A stretch of DNA of 64,000 nt from an uncultured Pseudomonadota bacterium (lineage in GTDB: Bacteria > Pseudomonadota > Alphaproteobacteria > JACZXZ01). Location: NCBI GenBank assembly GCA_963749075.1, contig CAVVLJ010000021.1, positions 512,001 through 576,000 of the forward strand, written 5' to 3'. How positions within the stretch are numbered: the first letter of the stretch is position 1; each line of letters opens with the position of its first letter. The notes under the pieces are model-generated. The model was not told the DNA's origin. It searched no databases and saw only the letters and a program-made list of their open reading frames with translations. This document shows, in pieces, positions 36,415-47,904 of the stretch. The translations under genes and the position numbers were made by a program.

Positions 36415-37356
36415 TCATTCCAGCCCCAGGAGGCTCCTCGCGAAGTCGCGCGCGTCGAAGGGGCGGAGGTCGTCGGCGCCCTCGCCTATGCCGATGGCAT
36501 AGACCGGCAGCCCGAAGCGCTCGGCGAGCGCCACCAAGACGCCGCCGCGCGCGGTGCCGTCGAGCTTGGTCACGACGAGGCCGCTCACCTCGGTCATGGC
36601 GAGGTAGGTCTCGACCTGGGCGTGGGCGTTCTGGCCGGTGGTGGCGTCGAGCACGAGGAGCACCGCATGGGGGGCTGCGGGATCGAGCTTCTGCAGCACC
36701 CGCCGCATCTTCTGCAGCTCGGCCATGAGGTCGGCGCGGTTGTGGAGGCGGCCGGCAGTATCGATGAGGAGAAGGTCGGCGCCCCTCGCGCGCGCCTCCT
36801 TGAGCGCATCGAAGGCGAGCCCGGCGGCGTCTTCGCCTTGCGCGCGCGCGATCACCGGCACGCCAACGCGCTCCCCCCAGATGCGCAGCTGCTCGATCGC
36901 GGCGGCGCGGAAGGTGTCGCCCGCGCACAGCATCACGTCCAGGCCCGCTTCCTTGTAGAGCCGCGCGAGCTTGCCGATCGTCGTGGTCTTGCCGGTGCCG
37001 TTGACGCCGACCACGAGCACGACGAAAGGCTTTATTTCGCCAGCGATGACGAGCGGCTTGGCTACCGGCTCCAGCGCCAGTGCGATCGCCTCGGCCAGCG
37101 TCTCGCGCACCAGTGCCGGCGTCGCGTCGTCCGCGAAGCGCTCGCCGGCAAGCCGGCTCACCAGCTTCGCCGCCATGGCGGGCCCGAGATCCGCGGCGAT
37201 GAGCAGCTCCTCGATCTCGGCGAGTGCGGCGGCGTCGAGCTTGCGTCTGGTGAGGATGCCGGCAATGCCGTCCGAGAGCCGGCTCGAGGTGCGGCTGAGC
37301 CCCGCCTTGAGGCGGCTTAGCCAGCCGCGCCGCGGCGCGCCGCCCTCCTCGCTCAT
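36415..37356 (-). CDS. ftsY: SRP receptor FtsY
   Basis: GVNGTGKTTTIGKLA, DTFRAAA, DTAGRLHN and TKLDGTARGG motifs. Confidence 0.97.
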   Translation of the reverse strand: MSEEGGAPRRGWLSRLKAGLSRTSSRLSDGIAGILTRRKLDAAALAEIEELLIAADLGPAMAAKLVSRLAGERFADDATPALVRETLAEAIALALEPVAKPLVIAGEIKPFVVLVVGVNGTGKTTTIGKLARLYKEAGLDVMLCAGDTFRAAAIEQLRIWGERVGVPVIARAQGEDAAGLAFDALKEARARGADLLLIDTAGRLHNRADLMAELQKMRRVLQKLDPAAPHAVLLVLDATTGQNAHAQVETYLAMTEVSGLVVTKLDGTARGGVLVALAERFGLPVYAIGIGEGADDLRPFDARDFARSLLGLE

Positions 37357-37371
37357 GGCCCGGGCCGCCCT

Positions 37372-38610
37372 TTAGAGGACGCGCGCAACGAGTTCCAAGC
37401 CGTCCGCGGCGGTGACGGCCGCGCGCGCGACGCTGCCGGGGGCGGCCTCGCCCGCCAGGCGCACCGCGGCATAATGCTCGCTGCGCCCGCGCCCGGGCTT
37501 CTCGACGAGGACCGCGGCCGTGTGACCGACGCGGCTCGCGAGGAAGCCCGCGAGGGCGGCATCGCCTGCCGCGCGCAGGCGGGCCGCGCGCGACTTGCGC
37601 ACGGGCTTGGGCAGCTGCGGCATGCGCGCCGCGGGCGTGCCCTCGCGCGCCGAATAGGGGAAGACGTGGAGGAAGGCAAGGCCGCAGGCCTCGACGAGGG
37701 AAAGGGTCTCTTCGAACATCGCCTCCGTCTCGGTCGGAAAGCCGGCGATGAGGTCGGCGCCGAGCGCCAGTCCCGGACGCAGGCGGCCGAGCCGCTCGGC
37801 AACCGCGATCGCCTGCGCCCGGCTATGGCGGCGGCGCATGCGCTTGAGCGTGAGATCGGCGCCCGCCTGCAGGCTCAAATGGAGATGCGGCATGAGCCGC
37901 GGCTCCTCGGCGACGAGGCGGAAGAGCTCCTCGTCGATCTCGACCGGATCGAGGGAGGAGAGTCTCAAGCGCGCGAGCTCGGGCACCGCGGCAAGGAGGC
38001 GGCGCACCAACTGGCCGAGCGTCGGCCGACCCGGCAGCTCCTTGCCGTAGTCGGTGATGTCGACGCCGGTCAGCACCAGCTCCTTGACGCCGCGCGCGAC
38101 GAGGCTCCGCACCTCCTCGACGATGCGGCCCAAGGGTACGCTGCGGCTCGGGCCGCGGCCGTAAGGGATGATGCAGAAGGTGCAGCGGTGGTCGCAGCCC
38201 TGCTGAACCTGCACGAAGGCGCGGGCGCGCGCGGCCGCACCCTCGAGGAGATGCGCCGCGGTCTCGCCGGGCGCCTCCCGGCCCCCGGCATCGACGCCTG
38301 CGCCGCCGCCGTAGGAGCGGGCCTCGAGCTTCTCGCGGTTGCCGATGACCTGGTCGACCTCGGCCATGGCGGCGTAGCGCTCGGGTGCGATCTCGGCGGC
38401 GCAGCCGGTCACGATGATGCGGGCATGGGGACGCGCGCGCCGCGCCTTGCGGATCGCCTGGCGCGCCTGGCGCTCGGCCTCGGCGGTGACGGCGCAGGTG
38501 TTGACGATGACCGCATCGGTGAGCCCGGCCTCGCCGGCGCGCGCGCGGATGAGCTGGGATTCGTAGGCGTTGAGGCGGCAGCCGAAGGTGACGATGTCGA
38601 GGCCGGACAT
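37372..38610 (-). CDS. mtaB: tRNA methylthiotransferase MtaB
   Basis: TFGCRLNAYES, NTCAVT, radical SAM motif GCDHRCTFCIIP; alphaproteobacterial dapF-mtaB-ftsY order. Confidence 0.93.
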   Translation of the reverse strand: MSGLDIVTFGCRLNAYESQLIRARAGEAGLTDAVIVNTCAVTAEAERQARQAIRKARRARPHARIIVTGCAAEIAPERYAAMAEVDQVIGNREKLEARSYGGGAGVDAGGREAPGETAAHLLEGAAARARAFVQVQQGCDHRCTFCIIPYGRGPSRSVPLGRIVEEVRSLVARGVKELVLTGVDITDYGKELPGRPTLGQLVRRLLAAVPELARLRLSSLDPVEIDEELFRLVAEEPRLMPHLHLSLQAGADLTLKRMRRRHSRAQAIAVAERLGRLRPGLALGADLIAGFPTETEAMFEETLSLVEACGLAFLHVFPYSAREGTPAARMPQLPKPVRKSRAARLRAAGDAALAGFLASRVGHTAAVLVEKPGRGRSEHYAAVRLAGEAAPGSVARAAVTAADGLELVARVL

Positions 38611-38617
38611 GTTGGCC

Positions 38618-39448
38618 TCAGGCGAGGAGCGAGGGGTCGAGCCGGCCCGAGAAGCTGGTCGCGGCCGGGCCGGTCATGACCACGTGGTTGTCGCGCGCGC
38701 GCCATTCGACGAGGAGCGGGCCGCCGTCGAGCACGACGGTCGCCTGGCGCGGCGCGAGCCCGCGGCGGTGGGCGGCCACGAGGGCGGCACAGGCGCCGGT
38801 GCCGCAGGCCCGCGTGATGCCGACCCCGCGCTCCCACACGCGCATGCGCAAGGCGCCGTCGCCGCGGCGCTGGACGACCTCGACGTTGGTGCGCTCCGGG
38901 AACAGCGGGTGACGCTCGATCTCGGGTCCCAGCCGCTCGAGGGCCACGGCCTCGGCGTCGGCCACGAAGAAGACCGCGTGGGGATTGCCGACGTTGACCG
39001 CGGCGGGATCGCCGAGCGGGCCCATGCCGAGCTCGAGGTGCAGCGTATCCATCGCGCGCGCGAGCGGTATCTGCTGCCACTCCAGGCGCACCTCGCCCAT
39101 GTCCACGGCGATGAGGCCGTCGCTCCGCCGCTCGGCCTCGATGACGCCCGCCGCCGTCTCGATCGCCACGCGCTCGCGCGCGAGCTCGGCCATGAGGAGG
39201 GTGGCGATGCAGCGCGCCGCATTGCCGCAGGCCTCGACCTCGCCGCCGTCGGCGTTGCGGATGCGCATGAAGGCGGCGGCGCGGCGGTCGCGCGGCGCCT
39301 CGAGGGTGATGAGCTGGTCGCAGCCGACCCCCGTCCTGCGGTCGGCGATGGCGCGCGTCCTTCTCTCGTCGAGCACAAGCGGCGCCGCGCGCGCGTCGAG
39401 CACGACGAAATCGTTGCCCAGCCCATGCATCTTGACGAAATCGCGCAT
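38618..39448 (-). CDS. dapF: Diaminopimelate epimerase
   Basis: [29 protein letters not shown] and [14 protein letters not shown] motifs. Confidence 0.96.
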   Translation of the reverse strand: MRDFVKMHGLGNDFVVLDARAAPLVLDERRTRAIADRRTGVGCDQLITLEAPRDRRAAAFMRIRNADGGEVEACGNAARCIATLLMAELARERVAIETAAGVIEAERRSDGLIAVDMGEVRLEWQQIPLARAMDTLHLELGMGPLGDPAAVNVGNPHAVFFVADAEAVALERLGPEIERHPLFPERTNVEVVQRRGDGALRMRVWERGVGITRACGTGACAALVAAHRRGLAPRQATVVLDGGPLLVEWRARDNHVVMTGPAATSFSGRLDPSLLA

Positions 39449-39563
39449 CGTCGCGGACTCGGGCGGGCGCGCGCTCAGGATCTCGGACATGGCGCTGGTT
39501 ATATGACCCGCGCCGCGGCCAAGTCCAACGCTTTTGCCGCCGCCGCGCGTGCGCCGCCGCCGC

Positions 39564-40013
39564 TCAGCCGCGCGCGGCGCGGCGCTTGCGCGGCCGGGCC
39601 GGCTTGCCCGATTTGGCAAGCGCCCCCAGCATCTGCCTTACCCCCTTGCGCACCTGGGGGTCGGCAACCCCGCTATAGGCCTTGACCAGCTCCATGGTCT
39701 CGCGGTCGGAGAGCAGCTCGGCGTCGTAGCCCGCCTTCTCCTGCTCGGCGAGACCGCCGAGTGCCGCCGGTCCCCGCCCGCGCCTGCTCAGCCCGTCGAA
39801 GAAATACGCCGGCTGGACGTTGAGCACGTCGCTCAAGAGCCACAGCATGCTGGCGCCGATGCGGTTGGTGCCTCGCTCGTACTTCTGGATTTGCTGGTAG
39901 CTGACGCCCGTGACCCCGCTCAGCTTCTGTTGGCTCATTCCGAGCTCGATCCGGCGCTGGCGCAGACGCTTGCCGACGTGCGCGTCGATCGATTCCACCT
40001 TCGCCAACCTCAT
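39564..40013 (-). CDS. XRE-family HTH transcriptional regulator
   Basis: [13 protein letters not shown]...MSQQKL...[16 protein letters not shown]. Confidence 0.9.
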   Translation of the reverse strand: MRLAKVESIDAHVGKRLRQRRIELGMSQQKLSGVTGVSYQQIQKYERGTNRIGASMLWLLSDVLNVQPAYFFDGLSRRGRGPAALGGLAEQEKAGYDAELLSDRETMELVKAYSGVADPQVRKGVRQMLGALAKSGKPARPRKRRAARG

Positions 40014-40147
40014 CCCCCTATCCTTCTAGGTTTTTTTGAAGGGCTTTCCCCGTTCAGGCCAAGCGCGCGCGATCATCCGCCCTCCAGTTGGTGACCATCA
40101 TTTATCGTCAACTGGCGCGACTTTAGCAAGCCGATTCCGTGCCCCAG

Positions 40148-40226
40148 GCATGCATCGCCGGCACGCGTCGCCGGCACGCATCGCCCGCACGCATCGCCCG
40201 CACGCATCGCCCCGCGCGCATCGCCC
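40148..40226. repeat. 13-bp tandem repeat (GCACGCATCGCCC), about 6 copies
   Basis: Units start at 40148, 40161, 40174, 40187, 40200 and 40214. Confidence 0.85.
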
Positions 40227-40261
40227 CTATGCGCAAGGCGCCTTCGCGGCGCGTCCCGCGG

Positions 40262-40675
40262 CTAATGCCGCCGGTTATTGCCGGCGTGGGCGATCTGGCG
40301 GATGAAATCGATGAAGTGCCGGCGCAGCTCGGGATCGTCGACCTTGTGATAGGCGCGCAGGAGATCGAGCGTCTCGCGGCGGTCGACGAGCGTGGCACTA
40401 TCCGCCTCGTAGCCGTCGAGCTGCCGCTTGGGCAGCCCGTCGAAGAAGAAGGAGATCGGCACGTTGAGCGCCTCGGCCACGACGAAGAGCGTGCTCGCGG
40501 CGATGCGGTTGGTGCCCTTCTCGTATTTCTGGACCTGCTGCGGCGTGAGTGCTATGGCGTCGCCGAGCTGCTTCTGGCTCAGCCCGAGCATGGCGCGGCG
40601 GAGCCGGATGCGGCTGCCGATCTCGAGATCGACCTCTGAGAGAATGGTGGCGGCCACGTCGGTCCTCCCTGTCAC
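40262..40675 (-). CDS. XRE-family HTH transcriptional regulator (paralog of 39564-40013)
   Basis: VDLEIGSRIRLRR..LGLSQKQL...LTPQQVQKYEKGTNRI...FFFDGL...RETLDL. Confidence 0.88.
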   Translation of the reverse strand: MTGRTDVAATILSEVDLEIGSRIRLRRAMLGLSQKQLGDAIALTPQQVQKYEKGTNRIAASTLFVVAEALNVPISFFFDGLPKRQLDGYEADSATLVDRRETLDLLRAYHKVDDPELRRHFIDFIRQIAHAGNNRRH

Positions 40676-40920
40676 GCCCGCCCGCTCGAGCGGAGACGCA
40701 AGACGATGTCATTTTTCACCTCCCAGTAGCAATCGTCAAGGTTGCTTATTGACCTTTACATCTGTATTGGAACGAGCGTCCTGCCGGAGCTTGACTTGGC
40801 GCGCGAGGGTCCCTTAGAGTGCCCCCCGTCAAGGAGTAGTCCGAGCGCTTGCGCTCCCTCAGGGGGTCCGCCAGTCCGCGAGTGTCGCGCACTGGCGCGC
40901 GCGGTTTTGTCGAGGCGAGG

Positions 40921-42292
40921 ATGTTCGACGGTTTGACCAGCAAGCTCGGCCTGGTGCTCGACCGCCTGCGCGGGCGGGCGGCGCTCAGCGAGGCGGACGT
41001 CGATGCCGCACTGCGCGAGGTGCGGATCGCCCTCCTCGAGGCCGACGTGGCGCTGCCGGTGGTCAAGGATTCTGGTTGCCGCCGTCAAGGCGAAGGCGGT
41101 CGGCGGCGAGGTGCTCAAGAGTGTCACGCCCGGCCAGATGGTGGTCAAGATCGTGCACGACCAGCTGGTCGAGATGCTGGGCGCCGAGACGGCCGAGCTC
41201 GATCTCCGGACCGAGCCGCCGGCGGTCATCCTCATGGTGGGCCTGCAAGGCTCGGGCAAGACCACGACGAGCGCCAAGCTCGCCCTCAGCTTGCGCACGC
41301 GCGAGCGCAAGAAGGTGCTGATGGCCTCCCTCGACACGCGGCGGCCGGCGGCCCAGGAGCAGCTCGCCATCCTCGGGCTCGAGGCCGAGGTCGACACGCT
41401 GCCGCTGGTTCCCGGCGAGCCGCCGCTGGCGATTGCCAGGCGCTCGCTGCAGAAGGCGCGGCTCGAGGGCTACGACGTGGTCATCCTGGATACCGCCGGC
41501 CGGCTCCACATCGACGAGGAGCTGATGGCCGAGGCGGCGGCCGTCAGCCAGGCGACGCGGCCGAGCGAGACCCTCCTCGTGGCCGACGCCATGACCGGGC
41601 AGGACGCGGTCCAGGTGGCGGACGCCTTCGAGAAGCGCCTCGGCGTCACCGGCATCGTGCTGACAAGGGTGGACGGCGATGCCCGCGGCGGTGCGGCGCT
41701 CAGCATGCGCGCGGTCACCGGCCGCCCCATCAAGCTCATCGGCGTGGGCGAGAAGCTCGACGCGCTCGAGACCTTCCACCCCGCGCGCATCGCCGGCCGC
41801 ATCCTCGGCATGGGCGACGTGGTCTCCCTCGTCGAGAAGGCGGCGGCGACCATCGAGGAGGAGGAGGCCGAGCGCCTCGCCCGCAAGATCGAGAAGGGCA
41901 AGTTCGACCTCGACGATATGGCCCAGCAGCTGCGCCAGCTGCGCAAGATGGGCGGCATGGAGGGCCTGCTCGGCATGCTGCCGGGCATAGCCAAGGTGAA
42001 GCGGCAGCTCGCCGAGCAGCGCATCGACGCCGGCATCTTGAAGCGCCAGGAGGCCATCATCGGCTCGATGACCAAGGGCGAGCGGCGCAATCCCCAGCTC
42101 ATCCACGCCTCGCGCAAGCGCCGCATAGCACAGGGCTCCGGCACCTCCGTGCAGGACGTGAACAAGCTCCTGAAGCAATTCATGGAGATGAGCCGCATGA
42201 TGAAGCAGGTCACGAAGCTCGGCGAGAAAGGCCTGATGCGCTCGGGCTTCCTCGCGCCGAAGGGCCTGCCGCCGGGCGTGCCGCGGCATTAG
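40921..42292 (+). CDS. ffh: Signal recognition particle protein Ffh (apparent +1 frameshift at ~41071)
   Basis: MFDGLTSKL...REVRIALLEADVALPVVKD in one frame, LVAAVK...GLQGSGKTTT...DTAGR...SRKRRIAQGSG in the next; removing one T joins them. Confidence 0.93.
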
Positions 42293-42338
42293 CGCGCTGC
42301 GGGCTTTCACGATGTCCAACTAAGGAGCCACCAAGAGC

Positions 42339-42704
42339 ATGTCTTTGAAAATTCGACTGGCGCGGGCAGGCGCCAAGAAGCGCCCCTTCTACCGCATCGT
42401 CATCGCCGACAGCCGCTCGCCGCGCGACGGCCGCTTCGTCGAGCGCATCGGCAGCTACAACCCGATGGTCGCCAAGGACCACCCCGAGCGCATCGTGCTC
42501 GACGCCGAGCGCGCCAAGCACTGGCTCGCCAAGGGCGCCCAGCCGACCGAGCGCGTGGCGCGCTTCTTGGGCCGCCTCGAGCTCGGACCGGTGCCCGCCA
42601 TGCCGGCGCAGACCAAGAAGCACCTGCCCAAGGCCAAGGCGCAGGAGCGCGCCAAGGCGGCGGCAAGTGGCGAGGCGGCGCCCGCCGAGGCGCCGGCCGA
42701 GTGA
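42339..42704 (+). CDS. rpsP: 30S ribosomal protein S16
   Basis: [31 protein letters not shown]. Confidence 0.98.
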   Translation: MSLKIRLARAGAKKRPFYRIVIADSRSPRDGRFVERIGSYNPMVAKDHPERIVLDAERAKHWLAKGAQPTERVARFLGRLELGPVPAMPAQTKKHLPKAKAQERAKAAASGEAAPAEAPAE

Positions 42705-42770
42705 GCATGCGGGAGGGGCCGGCCGCGCTGCGGCACCCCTCGGGAGTCGAATGCCGGTGAGCCAAGCGAA

Positions 42771-43346
42771 GTGAGCCAAGCGAAGCACATGATCTGTCTC
42801 GGGCGGATCGCCGGTGCCCACGGCGTGCGCGGCGAGGTGCGCCTCGAGAGCTTCACCGCGGACGCCGCCGCCATCGCAGCCTACGGCCCGCTCAGCGACG
42901 AGGCGGGCCGCTTCCGCTTCACGCTCGCCCTCGTGGGCGAGGCGCGCGGCCGGCTCATCGCCCGCATCGAAGGCATAGGCGACCGCGACGCGGCCGAGGC
43001 GCTCGCCGGCACGCGGCTTTATGTCGAGCGCGCAGCACTCCCAGCACCCGCCGCGGACGAATATTACCACAGCGATCTCCTGGGCCTCGCCTGCGTGCTC
43101 GCGGACGGCGCTCCCTTCGGAACCGTCAAGGCGCTCTTCGACTTCGGCGCCGGCCCGGTGCTCGAGGTCGAGCGCCCGGACGGCGCGCGCGTCATGCTTC
43201 CCTTCACGCGCAGCGTCGTCCCGCTCGTCGATGTCGCCGCCGGACGCCTCGTGGTCGAGCCGCCGGCCGAGATCGACGCTGCCGCGGCGGCAGAGACGGC
43301 CGCAGGCGAGAGCGGCCGCGAGGAGCGCCCCGGAGGGCCGCCATGA
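42771..43346 (+). CDS. rimM: Ribosome maturation factor RimM
   Basis: [27 protein letters not shown] and FGAG motifs; operon position. Confidence 0.95.
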   Translation: MSQAKHMICLGRIAGAHGVRGEVRLESFTADAAAIAAYGPLSDEAGRFRFTLALVGEARGRLIARIEGIGDRDAAEALAGTRLYVERAALPAPAADEYYHSDLLGLACVLADGAPFGTVKALFDFGAGPVLEVERPDGARVMLPFTRSVVPLVDVAAGRLVVEPPAEIDAAAAAETAAGESGREERPGGPP

Positions 43347-44068
43347 GCGCCCAGCACTTGCGTCCCTGGGCCGTCAAGGTGCTGACCATCTTCCCGGAGA
43401 TGTTCCCCGGGCCGCTCGGCCATTCGCTCGCCGGGCGGGCGCTCGCCTCCGGCCTGTGGTCGCTCGAGACGGTGGACATCCGCGCCTTCGCAAGCGATAA
43501 ACACCGCACCGTGGATGACGCGCCCTTCGGCGGCGGACCGGGCATGGTGATGCGCCCGGACGTGCTGGACGCGGCGATCGCGGCTTCGTGCGCCGGCGGC
43601 GGCCCGCTCGTCTATCTCTCGCCGCGCGGCCGTCTCATCGATCAGGCACGCGTGGAAGCACTCGCCATGGGGCCGTCGCTCGCCGTCATCTGCGGCCGTT
43701 TTGAGGGGCTGGACGAGCGGGTGCTCGAGGCCCATGACGTAGCGGAGCTGAGCCTCGGCGACTTCGTGCTGTCGGGCGGCGAGCCGGCGGCGACCTGCCT
43801 CATCGATGCCTGCGTGCGCCTGCGGCCGGGCGTGCTCGGGCGCGAGGCCTCGCTCGAGGAGGAGAGTTTTTCGCGGGGGCTCCTGGAATACCCGCACTAC
43901 ACCAGGCCGCAGTGCTGGCAGGGCCGCGAGGTCCCCGAGGTGCTCTTGAGCGGCCATCACGAGCGCATCAGGTCCTGGCGCAGGGACCAGGCGGAACGTA
44001 TCACGCGCGAGCGGCGGCCGGACCTGTGGGCCCGCTACGTCGCTTCGGGTCAAAGAGATCAAGGGTGA
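43343..44068 (+). CDS. trmD: tRNA (guanine-N1)-methyltransferase
   Basis: [34 protein letters not shown] and LEYPHYTRP motifs. Confidence 0.97.
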   Translation: MSAQHLRPWAVKVLTIFPEMFPGPLGHSLAGRALASGLWSLETVDIRAFASDKHRTVDDAPFGGGPGMVMRPDVLDAAIAASCAGGGPLVYLSPRGRLIDQARVEALAMGPSLAVICGRFEGLDERVLEAHDVAELSLGDFVLSGGEPAATCLIDACVRLRPGVLGREASLEEESFSRGLLEYPHYTRPQCWQGREVPEVLLSGHHERIRSWRRDQAERITRERRPDLWARYVASGQRDQG

Positions 44069-44073
44069 CAGCC

Positions 44074-44607
44074 ATGAACATCATCGAAGAGCTCGAGCGC
44101 GAGCAGATCGCCAAGCGCACCGCCAAGGGCGCTGTGCCGAGCTTTGCACCGGGCGACACGCTGCGCGTCCACGTCAAGGTGGTCGAGGGCGAGCGCGTGC
44201 GCACCCAGGTCTTCGAGGGGGTGTGCATCGGGCGCAAGAACTCGGGCCTCAATTCGGCCTTCACGGTGCGCAAAATCAGCTACGGCGAGGGGGTCGAGCG
44301 CGTCTTCCCGCTCTATAGCCCGCTCGTCGACCGCATCGAGGTGGTGCGCCGCGGCCGCGTGCGCCGCGCCAAGCTCTATTATCTGCGCGGTCGCACCGGC
44401 AAGGCGGCGCGCATCGCCGAGAAGACCTCGGGCGGGGCCGCGGCCTTGGGCGAGGTGGCGAGCGCCGCCGAGCTCGATGCCGAGACGCTGGCCGCCGATC
44501 TCGCCGCCGCACCCGCGGAGGGCGGCGGCACGGGCGAGGCCGCGAGCGCCAAGGCGGCCAAGAACAAGAAGAAGAAAGCCGCCAAGGCCGAGGCCGCGGG
44601 CGCCTGA
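44074..44607 (+). CDS. rplS: 50S ribosomal protein L19 (Ala/Lys-rich C-terminal extension)
   Basis: [25 protein letters not shown] and [12 protein letters not shown] motifs. Confidence 0.97.
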   Translation: MNIIEELEREQIAKRTAKGAVPSFAPGDTLRVHVKVVEGERVRTQVFEGVCIGRKNSGLNSAFTVRKISYGEGVERVFPLYSPLVDRIEVVRRGRVRRAKLYYLRGRTGKAARIAEKTSGGAAALGEVASAAELDAETLAADLAAAPAEGGGTGEAASAKAAKNKKKKAAKAEAAGA

Positions 44608-44654
44608 GCGGCCCGGCAAGGGCCGCGGCAAGGGACGGAAAGGGACGAGCGACG

Positions 44655-46064
44655 ATGGCTGCACCGCGCACGCTCTTCGACAAGATCTGGCAGAGCCACC
44701 TGGTCGAGCGCCAAGAGGACGGCACCTGCATTCTCTACATCGACTGCCACCTGGTGCATGAGGTGACGAGCCCGCAGGCCTTCGAGGGCCTGCGCCTGGC
44801 CGGGCGCAAGGTGCGCCGGCCCAAGGCCGCCATCGCGGTCGCGGACCACAACGTGCCGACCCTCGACCGCGCGGGCGGCATCAAGGACGCGGAGTCGCGC
44901 CTCCAGGTCGAAACACTCGAGGCCAACTGCAAGGAGTTCGGCATCCCCTACATCCCCGTGGCCGACGTGCGCCAGGGCATCGTGCACATCATCGGCCCCG
45001 AGCAGGGCTTCACGCAGCCGGGCATGACCATCGTGTGCGGCGACAGCCATACCTCGACCCACGGCGCCTTCGGCGCCCTTGCCTTCGGCATCGGCACGAG
45101 CGAGGTCGAGCACGTGCTGGCGACCCAGACCCTGGTGATGAAGCCCGCGAGGAACATGCGCGTGAGCGTCTCGGGCCGGCTCGCCCCCGGCTGCACGTCG
45201 AAGGATCTGGCACTCGCCATCATCGGCAAGATCGGCACGGCCGGCGGCACCGGCCACGTCATCGAATATTGCGGCGAGGCGGTGCGCACTCTCTCCATGG
45301 AGGCGCGCATGACCTTGTGCAACATGACGATCGAGGGCGGCGCCCGCGCCGGCCTCGTCGCCCCCGACGAGGTCACCTTCGAGTACCTCAAGGGCCGGGC
45401 CATGGCGCCCAAGGCGGGCCAGTGGGAGCAGGCGGTGGCCTTCTGGCGCACGCTGCCCTCGGATGCCGGTGCGGCCTACGACAAGGAAGCGGCGCTCGAT
45501 GCCGCGGCAATCGCCCCCCACGTCACGTGGGGCACCTCGCCTCAGCAGGTGCAGCCGATCACCGGCCGCGTGCCCGATCCCAAGGAGGCGCCCGACGAAG
45601 GGACGCGCGAGAACTGGACGCGGGCGCTCGACTATATGGGCCTCGCACCCGGCACCCCGCTCGCCGAGATCAAGGTGGACACGGTCTTCATCGGCTCCTG
45701 CACCAACGGGCGCATCGAGGATCTGCGCGCCGCGGCGGCCGTCGCCAAGGGCCGCCGCGTGGCCGCGGGCGTGCGCGCCCTCGTGGTGCCCGGCTCCGGC
45801 CTCGTCAAGGAGCAGGCCGAGGCGGAGGGCCTCGACGCCGTCTTTCGCGAGGCGGGCTTCGAGTGGCGCGAGCCGGGCTGCTCCATGTGCCTCGCCATGA
45901 ACGCCGACCGCCTGCAGCCGGGCGAGCGCTGCGCCTCGACCTCGAACCGCAACTTCGAGGGCCGCCAGGGCCGCGGCGGGCGCACCCATCTCGTGAGCCC
46001 GGCGATGGCGGCGGCGGCGGCGGTGAACGGCAAGCTGAGCGACGTGCGCGAGTTGCTGGCTTAG
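44655..46064 (+). CDS. leuC: 3-isopropylmalate dehydratase large subunit
   Basis: [34 protein letters not shown] and GCSMCLAMN motifs. Confidence 0.97.
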   Translation: MAAPRTLFDKIWQSHLVERQEDGTCILYIDCHLVHEVTSPQAFEGLRLAGRKVRRPKAAIAVADHNVPTLDRAGGIKDAESRLQVETLEANCKEFGIPYIPVADVRQGIVHIIGPEQGFTQPGMTIVCGDSHTSTHGAFGALAFGIGTSEVEHVLATQTLVMKPARNMRVSVSGRLAPGCTSKDLALAIIGKIGTAGGTGHVIEYCGEAVRTLSMEARMTLCNMTIEGGARAGLVAPDEVTFEYLKGRAMAPKAGQWEQAVAFWRTLPSDAGAAYDKEAALDAAAIAPHVTWGTSPQQVQPITGRVPDPKEAPDEGTRENWTRALDYMGLAPGTPLAEIKVDTVFIGSCTNGRIEDLRAAAAVAKGRRVAAGVRALVVPGSGLVKEQAEAEGLDAVFREAGFEWREPGCSMCLAMNADRLQPGERCASTSNRNFEGRQGRGGRTHLVSPAMAAAAAVNGKLSDVRELLA

Positions 46065-46102
46065 CGTCTTGGGCAGAGGGTTTTGGCGGAGGGCCTAGCG
46101 AG

Positions 46103-46709
46103 ATGCAGAAATTCGTCACCTTGACCGGCGTCGCGGCACCGCTCCCCATGGTCAATGTCGATACCGACATGATCATCCCGAAGAACTTCCTCAAGACGAT
46201 CAAGCGGAGCGGCCTCGGCAAGGCGCTCTTCTACGAGAAGCGCTACGACGAGGAGGGGCGCGAGCGCCCGGACTTCGTGCTCAACCAGGCGCCTTGGCGC
46301 GAGGCCAAGATACTCGTCGCCGGCGAGAACTTCGGCTGCGGCTCGAGCCGCGAGCACGCGCCCTGGGCGCTCTCGGACTTCGGCATCCGCGCGGTGATCT
46401 CGACGAGCTTCGCCGACATCTTCCACAACAACTGCTTCAAGAACGGCATGCTGCCCCTAACGCTGCCCGCGGCCGAGGTGGCGCTGCTTGATGGAGGACG
46501 CCAAGCGCGGCGAGACGCTCACCGTCGATCTGCCGGCCCAGCTCGTCCGGCGCGCGGACGGCAGCACGATCCGCTTCGAGATCGACCCCGCCCTCAAGAG
46601 CTCCCTCATTGAGGGCCTCGACGAGATCGGCCTCACGCTGCAGAAGGGCCCCTTCGTCGCGAGCTTCGAGGCGAAGCAGCGCTTGAGCCAGCCGTGGCTC
46701 TGGCGCTGA
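46103..46709 (+). CDS. leuD: 3-isopropylmalate dehydratase small subunit (apparent +1 frameshift at ~46489)
   Basis: [25 protein letters not shown] and [13 protein letters not shown]; C-terminus LTVDL...GLDEIGLTL lies in another frame. Confidence 0.93.
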
Positions 46710-46789
46710 GCCGCCGCGCGCGCAAACCCACGAGGGCTGCGGCGAGCGCCGCGAGGCCGGAGAAGGACATGACCGCAGGAGACCGCCGC

Positions 46790-47902
46790 ATGACCGCCAA
46801 CAAGTCGCTTCTGATTCTGCCCGGCGACGGCATCGGACCCGAGGTGATACGTCAGGCCCGCCGCGTGATCGACTGGTTCGAGCGTCGGCGCGCGCTGCGC
46901 TTCGAGCTCAAGGAGGGGCTGATCGGCGGCGCCTCCATCGAGGCGCACGGCACGCCGCTCAGCGACGAGACGCTGCAAGAGGCGCTCGCCGCCGATGCGG
47001 TGCTGCTGGGTGCCGTCGGCGGCCCGAAATGGGACAAGCTCGAGTTCGCCAGGCGGCCCGAGCGCGGCCTCCTCAAGTTGAGGAAGGCGATGGAGCTCTA
47101 TGCCAACCTGCGCCCCTCGATCGTCTTCGATTCGCTCGCCGCCGCCTCGACGCTCAAGCCCGAGGTGGTCGCCGGCCTCGACCTCATGATCGTGCGCGAG
47201 CTCACGGGCGGCATCTATTTCGGCGAGCCGCGCGGCATCGAGGAGCTCGGCCACGGCGAGCGCCGCGGCGTCAACACCGAGGTCTACACCTCGAGCGAGA
47301 TCCGGCGCGTCGCCCGCGTCGCCTTCGAGCTCGCCCGCGGGCGCAAGAAGCACGTCACCTCGATCGACAAGGCGAACGTGCTCGAATCAAGCGTGCTGTG
47401 GCGCGAGGAGGTCCAGAAGCTGCGCGACAAGGAGTTCAAGGACGTGGAGCTCGACCACATGTACGTGGACAACGCCGCCATGCAGCTCCTGCGCGATCCC
47501 AAGCGCTTCGACGTGATCGTCACCTCCAACCTCTTCGGCGACATCCTCTCGGACGAGGCCTCGATGCTCGCGGGCTCGCTCGGCATGCTGCCCTCCGCCT
47601 CGCTCGGCGCCTCGGACAAGGACGGCCGGCGCAAGGCACTCTACGAGCCGGTGCACGGCAGCGCACCCGACATCGCCGGGCGCGACATCGCCAACCCGCT
47701 CGGCGCCATCCTCTCCTTCGCCATGCTGCTGCGCCACTCCTTCGACATGACGGAGGAGGCCGGGCTCGTCGAGACCGCGGTCAAGAACGTGCTGACGAGC
47801 GGCCTGCGCACCGCCGACGTGATGCAGCCCGGCAAGGGTCGCGTCTCGACCACGGTGATGGGCGATTCGATCGTCCGCGAGCTCGACAAGCGCGCGGCGT
47901 AA
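46790..47902 (+). CDS. leuB: 3-isopropylmalate dehydrogenase
   Basis: [32 protein letters not shown] and [12 protein letters not shown] motifs. Confidence 0.97.
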   Translation: MTANKSLLILPGDGIGPEVIRQARRVIDWFERRRALRFELKEGLIGGASIEAHGTPLSDETLQEALAADAVLLGAVGGPKWDKLEFARRPERGLLKLRKAMELYANLRPSIVFDSLAAASTLKPEVVAGLDLMIVRELTGGIYFGEPRGIEELGHGERRGVNTEVYTSSEIRRVARVAFELARGRKKHVTSIDKANVLESSVLWREEVQKLRDKEFKDVELDHMYVDNAAMQLLRDPKRFDVIVTSNLFGDILSDEASMLAGSLGMLPSASLGASDKDGRRKALYEPVHGSAPDIAGRDIANPLGAILSFAMLLRHSFDMTEEAGLVETAVKNVLTSGLRTADVMQPGKGRVSTTVMGDSIVRELDKRAA

Positions 47903-47904
47903 GC

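Noticed and set aside
42757-42784. 14-bp tandem duplication GTGAGCCAAGCGAA at the rimM start (similar short duplications near 27760 and 57935)
   Set aside because: Ordinary slippage duplications with no evident functional effect.
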